From IMG/VR virus record IMGVR_UViG_3300037427_003924: DNA of 64,000 nucleotides; one strand, given 5' to 3'. How positions within the stretch are numbered: position 1 is the stretch's first letter; each line of letters begins with the position of its first letter. This DNA is from an uncultured virus (IMG/VR IMGVR_UViG_3300037427_003924). Taxonomy: Duplodnaviria > Heunggongvirae > Uroviricota > Caudoviricetes. The position numbers and the translations under genes are program-made. The notes beneath the pieces were generated by a model. That model was not told where the DNA came from. It saw nothing but the letters and a program-made list of their open reading frames with translations, and ran no database searches. Positions 18,669 to 26,813 of this stretch are shown here, one piece after another.

Positions 18669-18813
18669 AAAATACTATTTGATAGAGTCTAAAAAAAGAA
18701 GGTGGTCATATGGAGCTTTCCCCCACACAGAAGAAGGGCTGCAGCAAGCAAAAAAGTATTTAGGGGCGCTTCAAAAAAAAACGGATGAGAAACTAGAGAT
18801 AGTTGAAAAATAA
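18646..18813 (+). CDS. Small basic hypothetical protein, 55 aa (not in ORF track)
   Basis: Manual translation MPRNKKNKKYYLIESKKRRWSYGAFPHTEEGLQQAKKYLGALQKKTDEKLEIVEK; fills the gap before the nrdA promoter. Confidence 0.6.
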   Translation: MPRNKKNKKYYLIESKKRRWSYGAFPHTEEGLQQAKKYLGALQKKTDEKLEIVEK

Positions 18814-18814
18814 C

Positions 18815-18843
18815 TTGACGGCTCACCCCGTCTAACATAAAGT
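18815..18843 (+). promoter_or_regulatory. sigma70-type promoter for nrdA
   Basis: TTGACG, 17 bp, TAAAGT. Confidence 0.6.
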
Positions 18844-18884
18844 AAATCACACACCTGATTAAGGGTGTATTTTTTTCTACCAAG

Positions 18885-21299
18885 ATGGAAATAAAAGTAA
18901 AAAAAAGAAACGGAAAACTAGAACAATTCGACGTAGAAAAGATAAATAAATGCGTTTATCGTGCTTGCGCAGGTATTGACGGAAACAACGTGTCAGCCAG
19001 CGAGGTCATTCTCGACGCTCAATTACAACTTTACGACAAAATCACAACTAAGGAGATTGATGAAGCTCTGATTCTGTCAGCTCGCGCTAAGATAGAAAAA
19101 GAGCCCAACTACAGCAATGTCGCGTCAGCTTTGGCGGTAAACGCTCTTTACAAGGAAGTTTTTAGAGAAAGCGTCGACTCCGACACCTTCGACCTGCAAT
19201 ACAAAAAATCTTTTGTTCAAGGTGTCAAGAAGCTAGTAAAGAACGAGATCTTAAATGAAAAACTTTTAGATTACGACCTTAAGAAACTATCTGAAGCTAT
19301 TGCGCCAGAAAGAGATAAGAAATTTAAATATCTTGGATTACAAATTTTAATAGATAGATATTTCATCCGCACTAATAATAAAATAATTGAATCGCCTCAA
19401 GCGTTCTGGATGAGAATAGCAATGGGGTTAGCTTTAAATGAAGAAAACAAAGAAGAAAGAGCAATTGAGTTCTACAACCTATTTAGCAATCTGCTATACA
19501 CTCCTTCCACTCCTACATTATTCAATAGCGGAACTACTCACTCACAACTAAGTTCATGTTACCTAAATACATTTGATGACAGCATTGACGGAATATTCGA
19601 AGGGGTCTGGCAAGAAGCCAGAAAAAGTAAGTACGCTGGAGGTCTTGGCTTTGACGTTACTAATTTTCGTGCTTCTGGGGCTTATATCAAAGGCACAAAC
19701 GGGATTTCTGGAGGCCTTGTGCCATGGCTCAAAATCCTCAACGACACACTTGTCGCGGTAAACCAAGGCGGAAAAAGGCCCGGAGCTGGATGCGCCTATC
19801 TGGAGCCTTGGCATTTAGACTTTGAAGACTTTTTAAACCTCCGGAGGAACACTGGGGACGAAAGGTTACGTTGCCATGACATGAATACCGCATCATGGGT
19901 TCCTGACCTTTTTATGAAAAGGGTTCAAGAAGATGGAGATTGGTACATGTTTTGCCCATCAGACTCTAGAGATTTGCATGAAGCTTTCGGCGATTGCTTT
20001 ACGGCCGTCTATGAACAAATGGTAGATAGAGCTGAAGCAGGAGAACTTAAAAATTTCCGTAAGGTAAAAGCAAAAGACCTGTGGAAGAAGATGTTGAAAG
20101 TTTTATTTGAAACGTCGCATCCTTGGGTGACCTTTAAAGACCCCTCTAATATTAGATACAGTAATCAACACCAAGGAACAGTCCACTCAAGTAATCTGTG
20201 CACTGAAATTCTTTTGCATACTAAACCGTCCAAATATAAAGACGGGGAAAAAGTAGAAATAGGAGAAACTGCTGTCTGTAATCTTGGTAGCGTCAATTTG
20301 AAAAACCACCTTACTGATGATGGCTTAAATAGGGATTTATTAGCGTCTACAATTAAGACTGCTATTAGACTTCTGGATAATGTAATTGATTTAAATTTTT
20401 ACCCAACCAAGGAAGCCGAAAACGCTAACCTCCAACATCGACCAATCGGACTAGGTATGATGGCGACTCATGACGTTCTACAAATTCTGGATATACAGTA
20501 CGATTCAGATAAAGCTGTAAAATTTATTGATGAGCTAACTGAATTCTTTTCTTATAACGCGATCCTGTCTTCTAGTGAATTAGCGAAGGAAAGAGGAAGT
20601 TATAAAACTTACGCAGGTTCTTTGTGGGAAAAAGGGCAATTGCCAATCGATACCTACAATGCCCTCTTAGATTTTAGAAAAAAAACTCCAAAGACACCCG
20701 TGCGGGGAAAACTTGATTGGAAAAAAGTAAGAGAACACATTTTAAAATATGGAATCAGAAATAGTAACACTATGGCAATTGCTCCTACTGCCACTATTGG
20801 TTATATTAACGGTGTGGAGCAGAGCATCGAACCGAACTTCTCGGTGATGTTCGTGTACGAATGTAAGAGTGGAAACTTTTACGTTGTTAATGAGCAGTTT
20901 GTAAACGATATGAAGAAGGAAGGGTTATGGAGCCCTCAACTTGCAGAAGCGGTTAAGGAAGTTGACGGTGATGTCATGCTTCTTGATATTCCGGAAAAGT
21001 ATCGTGAAAAATATAAGACTGCTTTTGATCGCGATATGTTTAAGCTAATTGAATGTAATGCGGCTCGCCAGAAATGGATTGACCAAGGCATATCTTTTAA
21101 CCTGTACAACAAGGGGACGAGTCTTAAATACTTGAACGATATTTATATGGCCGCGTGGGAAGCCGGATTAAAAACTACCTATTACTTACGTAACAGGGGG
21201 GCATCTAAGGTTGAGAAATCAACTAAAAAAGAATATACCGAAGAAGAACAAATAGCATGCTCTATCGCCAACCCTGAAGCGTGTGAGGCTTGTCAGTAA
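18885..21299 (+). CDS. nrdA: Class I ribonucleotide reductase alpha subunit with N-terminal ATP cone
   Basis: VKKRNG ATP cone, TPTLFNSG, LSSCYL, SNLCTEI, VCNLGS, IAPTA, LKTTYYLR, C-terminal CSIANPEACEACQ. Confidence 0.97.
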   Translation: MEIKVKKRNGKLEQFDVEKINKCVYRACAGIDGNNVSASEVILDAQLQLYDKITTKEIDEALILSARAKIEKEPNYSNVASALAVNALYKEVFRESVDSDTFDLQYKKSFVQGVKKLVKNEILNEKLLDYDLKKLSEAIAPERDKKFKYLGLQILIDRYFIRTNNKIIESPQAFWMRIAMGLALNEENKEERAIEFYNLFSNLLYTPSTPTLFNSGTTHSQLSSCYLNTFDDSIDGIFEGVWQEARKSKYAGGLGFDVTNFRASGAYIKGTNGISGGLVPWLKILNDTLVAVNQGGKRPGAGCAYLEPWHLDFEDFLNLRRNTGDERLRCHDMNTASWVPDLFMKRVQEDGDWYMFCPSDSRDLHEAFGDCFTAVYEQMVDRAEAGELKNFRKVKAKDLWKKMLKVLFETSHPWVTFKDPSNIRYSNQHQGTVHSSNLCTEILLHTKPSKYKDGEKVEIGETAVCNLGSVNLKNHLTDDGLNRDLLASTIKTAIRLLDNVIDLNFYPTKEAENANLQHRPIGLGMMATHDVLQILDIQYDSDKAVKFIDELTEFFSYNAILSSSELAKERGSYKTYAGSLWEKGQLPIDTYNALLDFRKKTPKTPVRGKLDWKKVREHILKYGIRNSNTMAIAPTATIGYINGVEQSIEPNFSVMFVYECKSGNFYVVNEQFVNDMKKEGLWSPQLAEAVKEVDGDVMLLDIPEKYREKYKTAFDRDMFKLIECNAARQKWIDQGISFNLYNKGTSLKYLNDIYMAAWEAGLKTTYYLRNRGASKVEKSTKKEYTEEEQIACSIANPEACEACQ

Positions 21300-22066
21300 T
21301 GGATTATTCTAAAGTAAATATATTCTACCCGGTTATTGGTTATACGGGAATGGTTCATTCGGACTATATGATGAGCACTATCGATCTAATGTCCGTGTGC
21401 CGACAGCAAGGAGTAAAGATAGGACTGCGCTCTATATGGTTTGAAAGCTTAATAAGCAGGGCGCGAAACGCCTCGGTAGCTTTTATGCTAAACAAGGACT
21501 ACTCTCATTTATTATTTATAGATACGGATACCCAGTTTTCTGCGTTTGACGTAATGAAGCTTATCGATGCGGACCAAGACGTAACAGTGGGGGTTTATCC
21601 GAAGAAGTACTTTAATGGCCAAAAAATAGAAGCAATGGCTTCTACAGGTAAAATGCCCGAACACTGGAGACATTTAGCCACGGATTTTTCGACGGAGATA
21701 GAAAATGAAGAGTTAAAGAAAGCTAAAAAGCAAGATATAGTGCAAGCCAACTACGCAGCCACGGGCTTTATGTTAATAAAACGTGAATGCATAGAAAAAA
21801 TAATCGCTGCTAAGCCGGAAATAAAATACGTCAATGATATTGATGGCTATATGCAAGCTGGGGATAATTTTTATGATATCTTTCGCTGCGAAGTGAACCC
21901 CAAAACAAAGAAGTACGAAAGTGAAGATTATGGTTTCTGCAAGCTGTGGAAATCTTTAGGTGGAGAAATAAATGTCGTGACCGACATAAGTCTAGGTCAC
22001 AGAGGGTTCAACACTTATATGGGAAATTTAAAACTACAATCACATTACTATACGTCAAATGAGTGA
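21299..22066 (+). CDS. GT-A-fold glycosyltransferase-like phage protein
   Basis: ESLISRARN, HLLFIDTD, ATGFMLIKR, SEDYGFC, LGHRG; start at TAATG overlap with nrdA stop. Confidence 0.7.
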   Translation: MDYSKVNIFYPVIGYTGMVHSDYMMSTIDLMSVCRQQGVKIGLRSIWFESLISRARNASVAFMLNKDYSHLLFIDTDTQFSAFDVMKLIDADQDVTVGVYPKKYFNGQKIEAMASTGKMPEHWRHLATDFSTEIENEELKKAKKQDIVQANYAATGFMLIKRECIEKIIAAKPEIKYVNDIDGYMQAGDNFYDIFRCEVNPKTKKYESEDYGFCKLWKSLGGEINVVTDISLGHRGFNTYMGNLKLQSHYYTSNE

Positions 22067-23075
22067 CTCAAAGACTGGACAAATACTAGGGAAAGATATA
22101 GCTGGGGTTAATTGTATTCTACCCCACAAACACAAAACAGCTTGGGATTTATTCCTCAAAGGGTGTGCTAACAATTGGATGCCTACAGAGATTTCTATGG
22201 CTGAAGATATTAAGCAGTGGAAGAATGGAGACATTACAGATGATGAAAAACTTTTGGTTAAACGTTCGCTTGGCTTTTTTGCTGGGAGCGAATCTCTTGT
22301 TGGGAATAATCTTTTGCTTAGTGGTTTTCGTTACATTACTGATGCTGAGTGTCGCCAGTATATTTTACGACAAGCGTTTGAGGAGAGCCTTCATAACCTT
22401 ACTATTGTTTATGTTTGCGATTCTTTGGATCTTAAAATAGATGAAGTTTATCGTGCTTACGAAAACATCCCTTCTATAAAAGCTAAAGATGATTTCTTAA
22501 TGGAAATTACTACCGACTTGAGCAGAAAGGATTTTAACCCGCATACTCAAGAAGGAAAAAAGGAAATTTTACGAAATTTTATTACTTACTGGATTGTATG
22601 TGAAGGCATATTTTTCTTTAGTGGTTTTGCTATGCTACTAGCTTTGGGGCGGCAAAATAAAATGCAAGGTATCGCGGATCAGATTAAATATACCCTACGC
22701 GACGAAAGCTCCCATATCCAGTTTGGTACCTATGCCATTAATCAAATTATAGAACAAAATCCTAAGCTTTGGTCCAAGACCTTCCAAGAAGAAATTACGG
22801 AGTGGATTAAGAAAGCAGTGGAACTAGAGATAACTTACGCCAAAGACGTGCTCCCGAGAGGAATCCTTGGACTTAATGCTGATATGTTTGTAGACTATAT
22901 GCATTATATCGGCAACCGTAGGCTAGAAGGAATCGGGCTAGACTACCGCTTCCCCAGTGACAAAAATCCCTTCCCTTGGCTTGGTGAAGTCGTTGATGTT
23001 CAAGCTATGGGGAACTTTTTTGAGCGCCGAGTGAGGGAATATCAACAATCGGGTTCCCTTGAAGACGACTTTTGA
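22059..23075 (+). CDS. nrdB: Ribonucleotide reductase beta subunit, class Ic-like
   Basis: W-x-P-x-EI, FFAGSESLV, EESLH, EGIFFFSGF, RDESSH, NFFERRVREY. Confidence 0.95.
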   Translation: MSDSKTGQILGKDIAGVNCILPHKHKTAWDLFLKGCANNWMPTEISMAEDIKQWKNGDITDDEKLLVKRSLGFFAGSESLVGNNLLLSGFRYITDAECRQYILRQAFEESLHNLTIVYVCDSLDLKIDEVYRAYENIPSIKAKDDFLMEITTDLSRKDFNPHTQEGKKEILRNFITYWIVCEGIFFFSGFAMLLALGRQNKMQGIADQIKYTLRDESSHIQFGTYAINQIIEQNPKLWSKTFQEEITEWIKKAVELEITYAKDVLPRGILGLNADMFVDYMHYIGNRRLEGIGLDYRFPSDKNPFPWLGEVVDVQAMGNFFERRVREYQQSGSLEDDF

Positions 23076-23096
23076 TGTAACATCTTATGAACGACT

Positions 23097-23288
23097 ATGT
23101 CACAATCCAAATTCTCCACAGCGGCGTTTATGTTGGGTCAAATATCTTGCGAAATGATAGCCCTATCTCAGGAACTGAGTCAAAACCGAGGCAAAAAACT
23201 CAATGGAGAATTAACTGATTTAGACAAAATAATAAACCGCGTTGATCGCGTTAAAAAACTAATACTTAAAAAAGATGAACTTATCTGA
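23097..23288 (+). CDS. Hypothetical protein
   Basis: 63-aa helical ORF. Confidence 0.5.
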   Translation: MSQSKFSTAAFMLGQISCEMIALSQELSQNRGKKLNGELTDLDKIINRVDRVKKLILKKDELI

Positions 23289-23469
23289 ATTTGAAAGGAC
23301 TAAACCCACGGAAACTTACAAAGCTATCATAAAGGCAAAGGATAAGTATGAGACTTTACTTAAAGAAACCGTGATTATGGAAGATACAGATGCCGTCCGA
23401 GTGGAGATGGCTAGAGTTTTCTTAAGAGATTTAAAAGAAATTTTTCTAAAATTCAAATCTGGCAAATAA
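23275..23469 (+). CDS. Hypothetical protein
   Basis: 64-aa helical ORF overlapping the previous gene. Confidence 0.55.
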   Translation: MNLSEFERTKPTETYKAIIKAKDKYETLLKETVIMEDTDAVRVEMARVFLRDLKEIFLKFKSGK

Positions 23470-23473
23470 TATT

Positions 23474-23479
23474 GTGTAA
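23474..23479 (+). promoter_or_regulatory. GTGTAA putative late-promoter element
   Basis: GTGTAA 8 nt before ATG 23488. Confidence 0.55.
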
Positions 23480-23487
23480 CAATATAC

Positions 23488-24102
23488 ATGGCTAGTATAG
23501 CAGATCAATTCAAAGGACTCCCTATTGGGACACTCATCGCGGAACCATTGCTTGGAGCGGCAAAAGCACAGGGTCAACTCGCTCACACGACAGAAAATTT
23601 TATAAAAGATATCGGGCTGCAAGACGACGGCAAAGGTAATCTTAGCGCACGTACCGTAGAATTTGATTATGATGCCCCAGTTGAATCTAAAGATGCAAAA
23701 GGAGCCTTAACGACAACAATCGAAAACCGTAAACTCAAAGTCCCCCTTCTCTCTATTATACAAACGCCTAACCTAGGTGTTAAAAAAGCCACCGTTGACT
23801 TCGACATGGAGGTTAAATCCAGCACTCAGGACACTAGCTCTGTTGATACTAAAACCGACCTTAGTGTCAAATATGACAACTGGTGGTCTCCTGTTAAAGT
23901 AGATTTAACCGCTTCCGTATCCACGAAAAGCGAAAACATTCGCAAGACTGATAACTCCGCCAAATATACAGTTCACGTAGAAGCGCGGGATGACGGGGCT
24001 CCAGAGGGGCTTATGAAAGTTCTTGACATTCTTGGAGCAGCTATTCAGCCTGTTCCTGCTGGCGGAGGAAGCAACACTCCCGCCACGCCGCCTAGTAATT
24101 AA
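23488..24102 (+). CDS. DUF2589-family protein
   Basis: FKGLPIGTLIAEPL-x-x-AAKAQ-x-x-LA, VPLLSII-x-x-PNL, VDFDMEVK, PEGLMKVLDIL. Confidence 0.8.
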   Translation: MASIADQFKGLPIGTLIAEPLLGAAKAQGQLAHTTENFIKDIGLQDDGKGNLSARTVEFDYDAPVESKDAKGALTTTIENRKLKVPLLSIIQTPNLGVKKATVDFDMEVKSSTQDTSSVDTKTDLSVKYDNWWSPVKVDLTASVSTKSENIRKTDNSAKYTVHVEARDDGAPEGLMKVLDILGAAIQPVPAGGGSNTPATPPSN

Positions 24103-24578
24103 TGGCTGACGATAAACTACCTTATTCAAAATCTGGATCATTTAGAGGTGCTCCGGCGCTAAAGACGTTCGATCACCTTATCCAATGTCTCTATAACTCT
24201 GTAGTTTATGCTCAACGTTATGTGGAAACTGAGCATTTAAAGCGGGTTATAGGGACGTATTTTGACGACCACGGACGTCCAGTAACCAAAAAGATAATCT
24301 TACCCACTACAGAGGGGGAACAGGAGGTGGAAATACCCATCATGACCCTTGCTGGGCACAACCACTTAAAGATAGATAGTTTAGATATGGAGTTTGAAGT
24401 GGATTTGGGTCAATTTGAGAACTCAGATAACCATCAAAAAAGAAGAATGATAGCTATGATAGGGAGAAAAGACCCAAAAAATACCCTCGCTAAAGTTAAG
24501 CTTACAATTAAAAACGGCGACACCCCTGAAGGGATAGCTCGAATAAACGATAAAATTGTAAAAACCATCCCTAGTTAA
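24102..24578 (+). CDS. DUF2589-family protein, second paralogue
   Basis: LIQ-x-L-x-x-SV-x-x-AQ, YFD, EIPIMTL, L-x-ID-x-LDMEFEV, PEGIARI. Confidence 0.75.
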   Translation: MADDKLPYSKSGSFRGAPALKTFDHLIQCLYNSVVYAQRYVETEHLKRVIGTYFDDHGRPVTKKIILPTTEGEQEVEIPIMTLAGHNHLKIDSLDMEFEVDLGQFENSDNHQKRRMIAMIGRKDPKNTLAKVKLTIKNGDTPEGIARINDKIVKTIPS

Positions 24579-24590
24579 TATAATAAAAAT

Positions 24591-24827
24591 ATGGCCAGTG
24601 GTTATTTAAGATTAATGTTGGATTCAGCTCGTCGTTGCGCCTCGGCTACTCAAGACGCAGCAGAAGATGCTCGAAAAGCCTCGGAAGAAGCTAGGCACGA
24701 AGCTCAGGAGATTGATCAAATGGCTCAAGATGCAGCGTCTAAAGCTGTAGAAGCCAGTGAAAGAGTCAAAGTCCTTGAGGCTAAAGTGCTTAAACATGAC
24801 AATATGGGCGATGAACCCAACACCTAA
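24591..24827 (+). CDS. Ala-rich coiled-coil hypothetical protein
   Basis: 78 aa with A/E/D/K heptads. Confidence 0.6.
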   Translation: MASGYLRLMLDSARRCASATQDAAEDARKASEEARHEAQEIDQMAQDAASKAVEASERVKVLEAKVLKHDNMGDEPNT

Positions 24828-25386
24828 TCTCGTTAACGACATCCCAATTACTTGCGATGGGTTTGCCCACGTTAGCTGTATAGTAGAAATCCCGAAAGGG
24901 ACAAATACCAAATACGAATACAACGAGGAATATAATATTTTTGAATTAAATAGATGCCTTGTATCATCTTTGCAGTATCCCATCAATTACGGCTTTATAA
25001 GCCAAACTTTCGCATTAGATAGGGACCCTCTAGACGTGCTTATTTTTAACCACGATCCTATAGACAGGGGAAGTTTGGTTAGGTGTAGAGTTTTGGGGGT
25101 GTTAGATTTTGTTGACAATGATGAAATAGATTATAAAGTCATAGCGGTTCCTCACTGGACGCCTAAAAGTCGCTACCCTCGCTTAAACTCTATTGAAGCG
25201 GAGCACCTTAAGATATTTAAACAGTTCTTTAGGATTTACAAAATAGATCGCTCTGACAGCGTGAAAGTAGGAGAATGGAAGAACGGCCGGGCTGCAAGCA
25301 AGGTAGTCTCCGAGGCTCACAATCGGTGGTCTTTAAAAAAATACGAAGAAACAAGAAAGGAAACGGAAAGACATGGGAATGTTTGA
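24811..25386 (+). CDS. ppa: Family I inorganic pyrophosphatase
   Basis: VEIPKG-x-x-x-KYE, YPINYGF, DRDPLDV, D-x-x-E-x-D-x-KVIAV, FF-x-x-YK. Confidence 0.92.
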   Translation: MNPTPNLVNDIPITCDGFAHVSCIVEIPKGTNTKYEYNEEYNIFELNRCLVSSLQYPINYGFISQTFALDRDPLDVLIFNHDPIDRGSLVRCRVLGVLDFVDNDEIDYKVIAVPHWTPKSRYPRLNSIEAEHLKIFKQFFRIYKIDRSDSVKVGEWKNGRAASKVVSEAHNRWSLKKYEETRKETERHGNV

Positions 25387-25882
25387 CAATATAAAAGTAC
25401 CTAAAGCTTATTTAAAAAGCTTATTAACTAAAGAGCAGGAAAAGTTAGTCGACAGGACTGATTTTCAAACAAAGAGTCTAGATAATTCTCTTTTTGACTA
25501 TAAAGTATATAAGCAGCATCTTTTCCTAAAGAGTTCAAAAAAGAACAGTCCTAAAGAAAAGTGGGATAAAGTTTATCATACAGGAGAAGTAACTTTCTAC
25601 AACCTCCTCAAGGAAGAGGGCGACGTCTCTTATTGGGTTGTATTCCGCTTTACTTTTGAGCACGGAAAGGTAGATAAAAAAGAACTGATCACTTTGGAAC
25701 TTCACCAATCACCAAAAAATTCTGACCGCGTAGTCCCAGAAGAGGAACAAGAATGGCTGTCAGAAAGAGACGCTTTTAATAAGACTTTCAAATATAAATT
25801 TTTTTTAAGGCTACTTAGAACTTTTACTCGTATCCACAACTGGATAGCCAACAAAACTATCCCTATTCACAAGAAAAAATAA
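25373..25882 (+). CDS. Conserved phage hypothetical protein
   Basis: MGMFD-x-I N-terminus, FQTKSL, G-x-V-x-FY pattern. Confidence 0.65.
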   Translation: MGMFDNIKVPKAYLKSLLTKEQEKLVDRTDFQTKSLDNSLFDYKVYKQHLFLKSSKKNSPKEKWDKVYHTGEVTFYNLLKEEGDVSYWVVFRFTFEHGKVDKKELITLELHQSPKNSDRVVPEEEQEWLSERDAFNKTFKYKFFLRLLRTFTRIHNWIANKTIPIHKKK

Positions 25883-25883
25883 A

Positions 25884-25890
25884 GTGTAAT
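25884..25890 (+). promoter_or_regulatory. GTGTAA putative late-promoter element
   Basis: AGTGTAAT in the intergenic region before 25921. Confidence 0.5.
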
Positions 25891-25920
25891 AACCCTTGTA
25901 AACTAGCAGGAGCTTTAGTT

Positions 25921-26604
25921 ATGAAAAAAATAATTGTATTCTTCTTTATAGTAACGGCCGTCGGCGGCCAAAATGAATATAACTCAATTAACGAAAGAAA
26001 CGCCTTTTCCCTAACCGAAGGAATTCTACCTCCCATCGACACAATCCTCGCGCCCCCAAAACCCTCAGCAAAACTTTACTTAACCGGTATAATGAGATAC
26101 CAAGGACTTACCAACGTCTTCCTCTACTCCAAAGATACTCCTAAAAGATTCCTCACCCTCAACCACCAACAACGGAGTGACAGCGGGATTCAGCTTCTCA
26201 GCGTAAAGAAAGGAACAGTTGAAGTCCTTAATAACGGAGTGGTGGAAAAACTCTCCTTTGCTACTCATAAAATGCCTACGACTATAGGCCCTGCCCCGGT
26301 CTTCAACCGGCCCACCGTGATAAAAAAGAGTGAGAAGGACGATAAAAATAAAAATAAAGAGAAAAAAAGTGCCCCTTCTTCTCCGCGACCTTCTGTTATT
26401 AAGGTTCCCTCTCGCCAACCCAAGGTAGACCCAAGTATAATTCAGAAGAGTCTGGAGTACTTGAGCAAAACAGAAGATAAAGAAAAAAGAGAATACCTCA
26501 TCCAAAGACTGGAACTGCTTCAAAGTAGCCAAAACAATCTCGATAGAAAAATTGACACTAATGAAAGACGTCGCCAATACGATGAGCGTCGGCGCGACAA
26601 ATGA
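25921..26604 (+). CDS. Secreted or membrane-anchored protein, GspC/PilP-like beta domain possible
   Basis: Signal-like MKKIIVFFFIVTAVGG, ERNAF then Pro-rich linker, L-x-LTGI beta domain. Confidence 0.5.
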   Translation: MKKIIVFFFIVTAVGGQNEYNSINERNAFSLTEGILPPIDTILAPPKPSAKLYLTGIMRYQGLTNVFLYSKDTPKRFLTLNHQQRSDSGIQLLSVKKGTVEVLNNGVVEKLSFATHKMPTTIGPAPVFNRPTVIKKSEKDDKNKNKEKKSAPSSPRPSVIKVPSRQPKVDPSIIQKSLEYLSKTEDKEKREYLIQRLELLQSSQNNLDRKIDTNERRRQYDERRRDK

Positions 26605-26813
26605 ATATCCCCAAAGAAGGACTAATAGAGTTTGTTAATTTTGTTAATGAGTGTTGCGCTGTTATGGAGGATAGTTATGTGGCTGAATGGCTCAATAAGC
26701 CTCATCCAGATTTGAACATGGACAGTCCTATGGATCTAGTTAATGATGAAGCCGGTAGAGAGAAACTTTATCGCCTCCTTTATTTTATTGATATAAACGA
26801 AGCTGACCTTTAA
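26601..26813 (+). CDS. Xre/MbcA/ParS antitoxin C-terminal domain protein (DUF2384-like)
   Basis: AEWLNKPHPDLNMDSPMDLV-x-x-x-x-G matches W-L-x-x-P-x-x-x-L-x-x-x-x-P-x-x-L. Confidence 0.72.
   Translation: MNIPKEGLIEFVNFVNECCAVMEDSYVAEWLNKPHPDLNMDSPMDLVNDEAGREKLYRLLYFIDINEADL

Noticed and set aside
18885..23075. Intron or intein in nrdA/nrdB
   Set aside because: Both ORFs are continuous and of normal length
24591..24827. Reb (R-body) subunit next to the DUF2589 pair
   Set aside because: Lacks the VN-x-QITD-x-VTQ Reb motif; looks like a generic coiled coil
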